From: Octopus sinensis
Lineage: Eukaryota
Assembly: GCF_006345805.1 (NCBI RefSeq)
Contig: NC_042997.1
Coordinates: 200,198,001-200,262,000, forward strand
DNA: 64,000 bases
Direction of reading: 5' to 3'
Position 1 is the first letter of the stretch, and every line of letters starts with the position of its first letter. The notes beneath the pieces are model-generated. The model saw only the letters and a program-made list of their open reading frames with translations. It was not told the origin of the DNA and did no database searches. The position numbers were made by a program, and so were the translations under genes. Shown here one piece after another: positions 60,585 to 64,000 of this stretch.

Positions 60585-61080
60585 TTGGGTCAGTCTATAA
60601 ATAATGTACTTTTTCAATTGAATGAACTAAAAGTCGGAGAGGGATGAGATAAGCTACCTGCATCAACTTGCTATAAAAGCAGGTAGTAATTTTACCATGT
60701 ACTTATTCTTAGTGCAAGTTTTGAAGAGTACAGTTCGATTTTAGCTGTTATTTTTTTCAAAACTATAATGGAAGTGACAAAGGAGCATATTTGGCATATT
60801 TTGCTTTATGAGTTCAATAAAGGCAACAACGTAATGGAAAGTGGGAGGAATATTAATGAAGCATTTGGGAATTGGACAAAAAGCATAAACCAGTGTCAAT
60901 GGTGGTTCTGGAAATTCTGAGCTGGAAACTACAGCCTAGAAGATGAACCTCATCCTGGAAGATCTGTAGAGCTCGATGAGGATGTCCTGCAAACTCTGGT
61001 GGAACAAAATCCCATCGTAACAGTTGAGGAACTAGCAGAGAAGTTTGGATTTCATCATTCAACCATTCATTGACACCTGT
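60585..61080 (+). mobile_element. mariner (DD34D-type) 5' fragment
   Basis: TA|TTGGGTCAGTCTATAA end; MEVTKEHIWHILLYEFNKG...WWFWKF*AGNYSLEDEPHPGRS...VEELAEKFG..HSTIH from 60768. Confidence 0.85.
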
Positions 61081-61084
61081 GAAA

Positions 61085-62075
61085 AGTCAGCACTGAAAGT
61101 ATACACCGTATCGAGGGAACTGATTGGGATTCATCTTTACCATAAAGTTTGCGGTCATCTATGAATAACAAATGGTTGACATTTTATTGGTGGCTTTTGA
61201 ATACATACCCAGCATTTGCTTTCCTCAGAATCAGTGTTAGTGGTATCATGTACAGTACAAAGATCAGTGATGATAGGTAGAGTCCTTGGAAGATGCCTCT
61301 CCTGATTTCTATTGTCCTTAAACTTCTTCCATATTCTGTCAGTTCTATCCTCCAATTTGCCATACTTTTTCCAAGCAGTCACGCAACATTTGATGCGGTA
61401 CCAAAGAAGTTCATACATTCCATAATCCAAGAATGTGGGATCATATCATACGCCTTACAATAATCGGCCCATGACATGTTCTTCCTCTTGCAGTCTCTAA
61501 GTACAGTTTTGTCAACCAGGAGTTGATCCTTGGTATCTTTGCACTTATGCTTGCAACCCTTCTGCTCATGTGGCAGGACTCCGTTGTTTTCCAGATATTC
61601 GTGCATTGACTCTGCAACTATTCCAGTCGATAATTTCCACAAAAATGGCAAGCAGGATATTGGCCTGTAATTGTCTACTGTATTGCCATATTTTATGCTT
61701 TTCAAGCACAGCACCGTCCTACCAATTCTCAGCCACTTGGTTGGCATTTAACAAGGTGTTGAGTTGTGCAGCTATTCATGCATGACATTCACCAGATCTT
61801 TTGATCCAGTAGTCTTGAACCTCATCTGGTCCAGGGGCCTTCCAGGTGCCCATTTTTTTTGCTGATTTCCTTTACTTCCCTAACTGAAATGACTAGTTCT
61901 ACCTGTTTTGGACAGACAACTGTTTGTTTCAATCCTTGCAAACATTCAGCATCCTTTCTATCATTATCATTGCCTTTGCACAGCTTCTAACACTGGAGAT
62001 ATCCTACAATGCCAGTTGTTCACTATCAGTGAACGAAGGTAACACCTCTTGTATTTTGAGCACCTTCCGGAGTAT
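61085..62075 (-). pseudogene. R4/Dong-like RT fragment
   Basis: WKAPGPDEVQDYWIK, NYRPISCLPFLWKLSTG, LPHEQKGC..TKDQLLVDK, WADYCKAYDMIPHSWI. Confidence 0.82.
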
Positions 62076-62117
62076 TCAAGCGGTTCTGAGCAGTGCTGTT
62101 TTCTGCAAGTGCTCCTC

Positions 62118-62570
62118 CCTTATTGCAGCCCCTAAAGCAGTAAGCTGGCAGAATTGTTTGCATCCCCAGGCAAAATGCTTAGTCTGACTTTATGTTCTGA
62201 GTTCAAAGGTCGCTGGGGTCGACAGCCTTTTATTGTTTTGGGGTCATAAAATAAGTACCAGTGAAACACTGGGGTTGATGTAATTGACTAGTTCCTTTCC
62301 CCAAATTTCAGGTCTTGTGCCCATAGTAGAAATGATTATTATTATTATTATTATTATATAAGGTGGTGAGCCAGCAGAATTGTTAGCATGCTGGATGAAA
62401 TGCTTAGCAGTATTTCATCTGAGTTCAAATTCCACTGAGGTAGACTTTGCCTTTCATCCTTTCAGGGTTGATAAAATAAATACCAGTTGAACACTGGGGT
62501 CGATGTTATCGACTCATTCCCTCCCCAAAAATAACTACCCTTGTAGCAAAATTTGAAACCATTATTGTTA
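62118..62570 (+). mobile_element. Two tandem degenerate SINE family 2 copies
   Basis: 62118-62335 and 62360-62570, each with head, B-box, core and ATT tail. Confidence 0.78.
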
Positions 62571-63011
62571 TTACCTGTAAGATCCTCCAGTTCAAGTTAT
62601 CAAGTAACTTTCATTCTCTCCTTCTTTCTCAGTAACAGAATGATTTCACTACCTTTCTCTCACTCTCTCTCCTTCTTATGTCTTGGCTGTGCCTTTCACT
62701 CCCTATTCTTCTCTTTCTGTCTTTCACACGAGCTGCCTCTTTCCAGCATCTCAAAGACATAAGCAGAAACAGACACAGACGGAATCTAATTTTAATGTAT
62801 GATATTGTCTATTTTATCTAAAACTAACTTGGAACAAGTTGCAGAGAAAAGTGTGTGTGTGTATGTGTATGTATGCATGTGTGTATGAGTGTGTGTGTGT
62901 GCGTGTGTGTGCATGTGCGTGTGTATGATTGTGTGTGCACACATGTGTGTGTATCGATGTATGAATGTGTGTGTGCACATGTGTGTATGTATGTGTATAT
63001 ATATATATATT

Positions 63012-63395
63012 CTCTTATTCTCTTACTTGTTTCAGTCATTTGACTGCAGCCATGCTGGAGCCCCGCCAAATCGACCCCAGGACTTATTCTTTGTAAGCCT
63101 AGTGCTTATTTTATCAGCCTCTTTTGCCAAACCGCTATGTTACAGGAACACAAACACACCAACATCAGTTGTCAAGTGACAGTGGTGGGACAAACATAGA
63201 CACGCACACAAATATATACATATGTATATGTGTGTATATATTTTGGGCTTCTTTCAGTTTCCATCTACCAAATTCACTCACAAGGTTTTGGTTGGCCTGA
63301 GGCTATAGTAGAAGACACTTGCCCAAGATGCCATGCACTGGGATTGAACCTGGAACCATGTGGTTGGGAAGCAAGCTTCTTATCACGCAGCCACT
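63012..63395 (-). mobile_element. SINE family 1
   Basis: Reverse-complement full copy. Confidence 0.85.
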
Positions 63396-64000
63396 ATCTT
63401 TTCTCTCCAGATTATTCAAAGTTGTGTGTGTGTGTGTTTGATTGTGTCTGTGCATGTGTGTGTATGATTGTGTGTGTGGGAACAACTCTGCTACCACTTC
63501 AATAACTTATTTCTTAATTTTCTATCAAATTCAATTCTCATATAATCTAATTTACAATCCAACACTTAACCTAACTATGTCTTTTATTAACACATATCTA
63601 ACATAATCTTATCACTTAAGATTTACTGATTCAATTAAGCTAGTATCTATGTACCGTACCCACAACTGTCCTTTTCTGTTTGCTTGTGCATACATCGAAA
63701 ATGTCGAAGAATTTTAAAGCAAGCATCTAATTGAGTACACATTTGATTATAATACAATTTACAAAGATGATTGGTTGAATGTAACTTTTTGTCACTATGT
63801 CAATATAAGTTACTAATAAAAGATGTACCTTAAATTAAATTCAGAAGGTGATTAAATAAAACTAAAAGTCATCCTCAATACTTTTTTTTTTTCTTAAGTA
63901 ACCAATAATTTGGTATAACTTGAAACTGATTCTTTACAATATTCTTTTATTCCTTTATTCTTTCATTCTTTTACTTGTTTCAGTCATATATGTGAAAGAA

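Overview
AT-rich, microsatellite-saturated eukaryotic DNA made almost entirely of transposable elements. The SINE families and RTE tails match my recollection of Octopus (coleoid cephalopod) repeats; I could not confirm this by search. I recognise no host protein-coding gene, rRNA, true tRNA or CRISPR array, so the window reads as a long intron or intergenic region. Nearly all ORFs in the supplied track are microsatellite or SINE artefacts. Real coding remnants: a Tc1 (DD34E) transposon inactivated by one 7-bp duplication (1223-2664); DD37D, DD41D and mariner relics; a 5'-truncated RTE LINE with an open 2.4-kb ORF and a PHD-type finger (51825-54895); a young CR1-type LINE interrupted by an antisense copy of its own 3' end (56364-59098); and two R4/Dong-like RLE fragments. 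Three tRNA-derived SINE families, about 15 RTE 3' tails, MITEs and Helentron-like elements fill the rest. The most unusual observations: (i) a TSD-flanked ~550-bp hairpin built from two head-to-head tRNA-headed units, each ending in a degenerate Penelope-type minimal hammerhead motif (10880-11451); (ii) several other minimal hammerhead motifs, three sharing a non-canonical CUGUYGA-type core; (iii) a copy-number-variable ~61-bp stem-loop module in the RTE 3' UTR; (iv) many snap-back or fold-back junctions; (v) a textbook recursive-splice-site motif on the minus strand. Coordinates were counted by hand, and ends of degenerate repeats are approximate.
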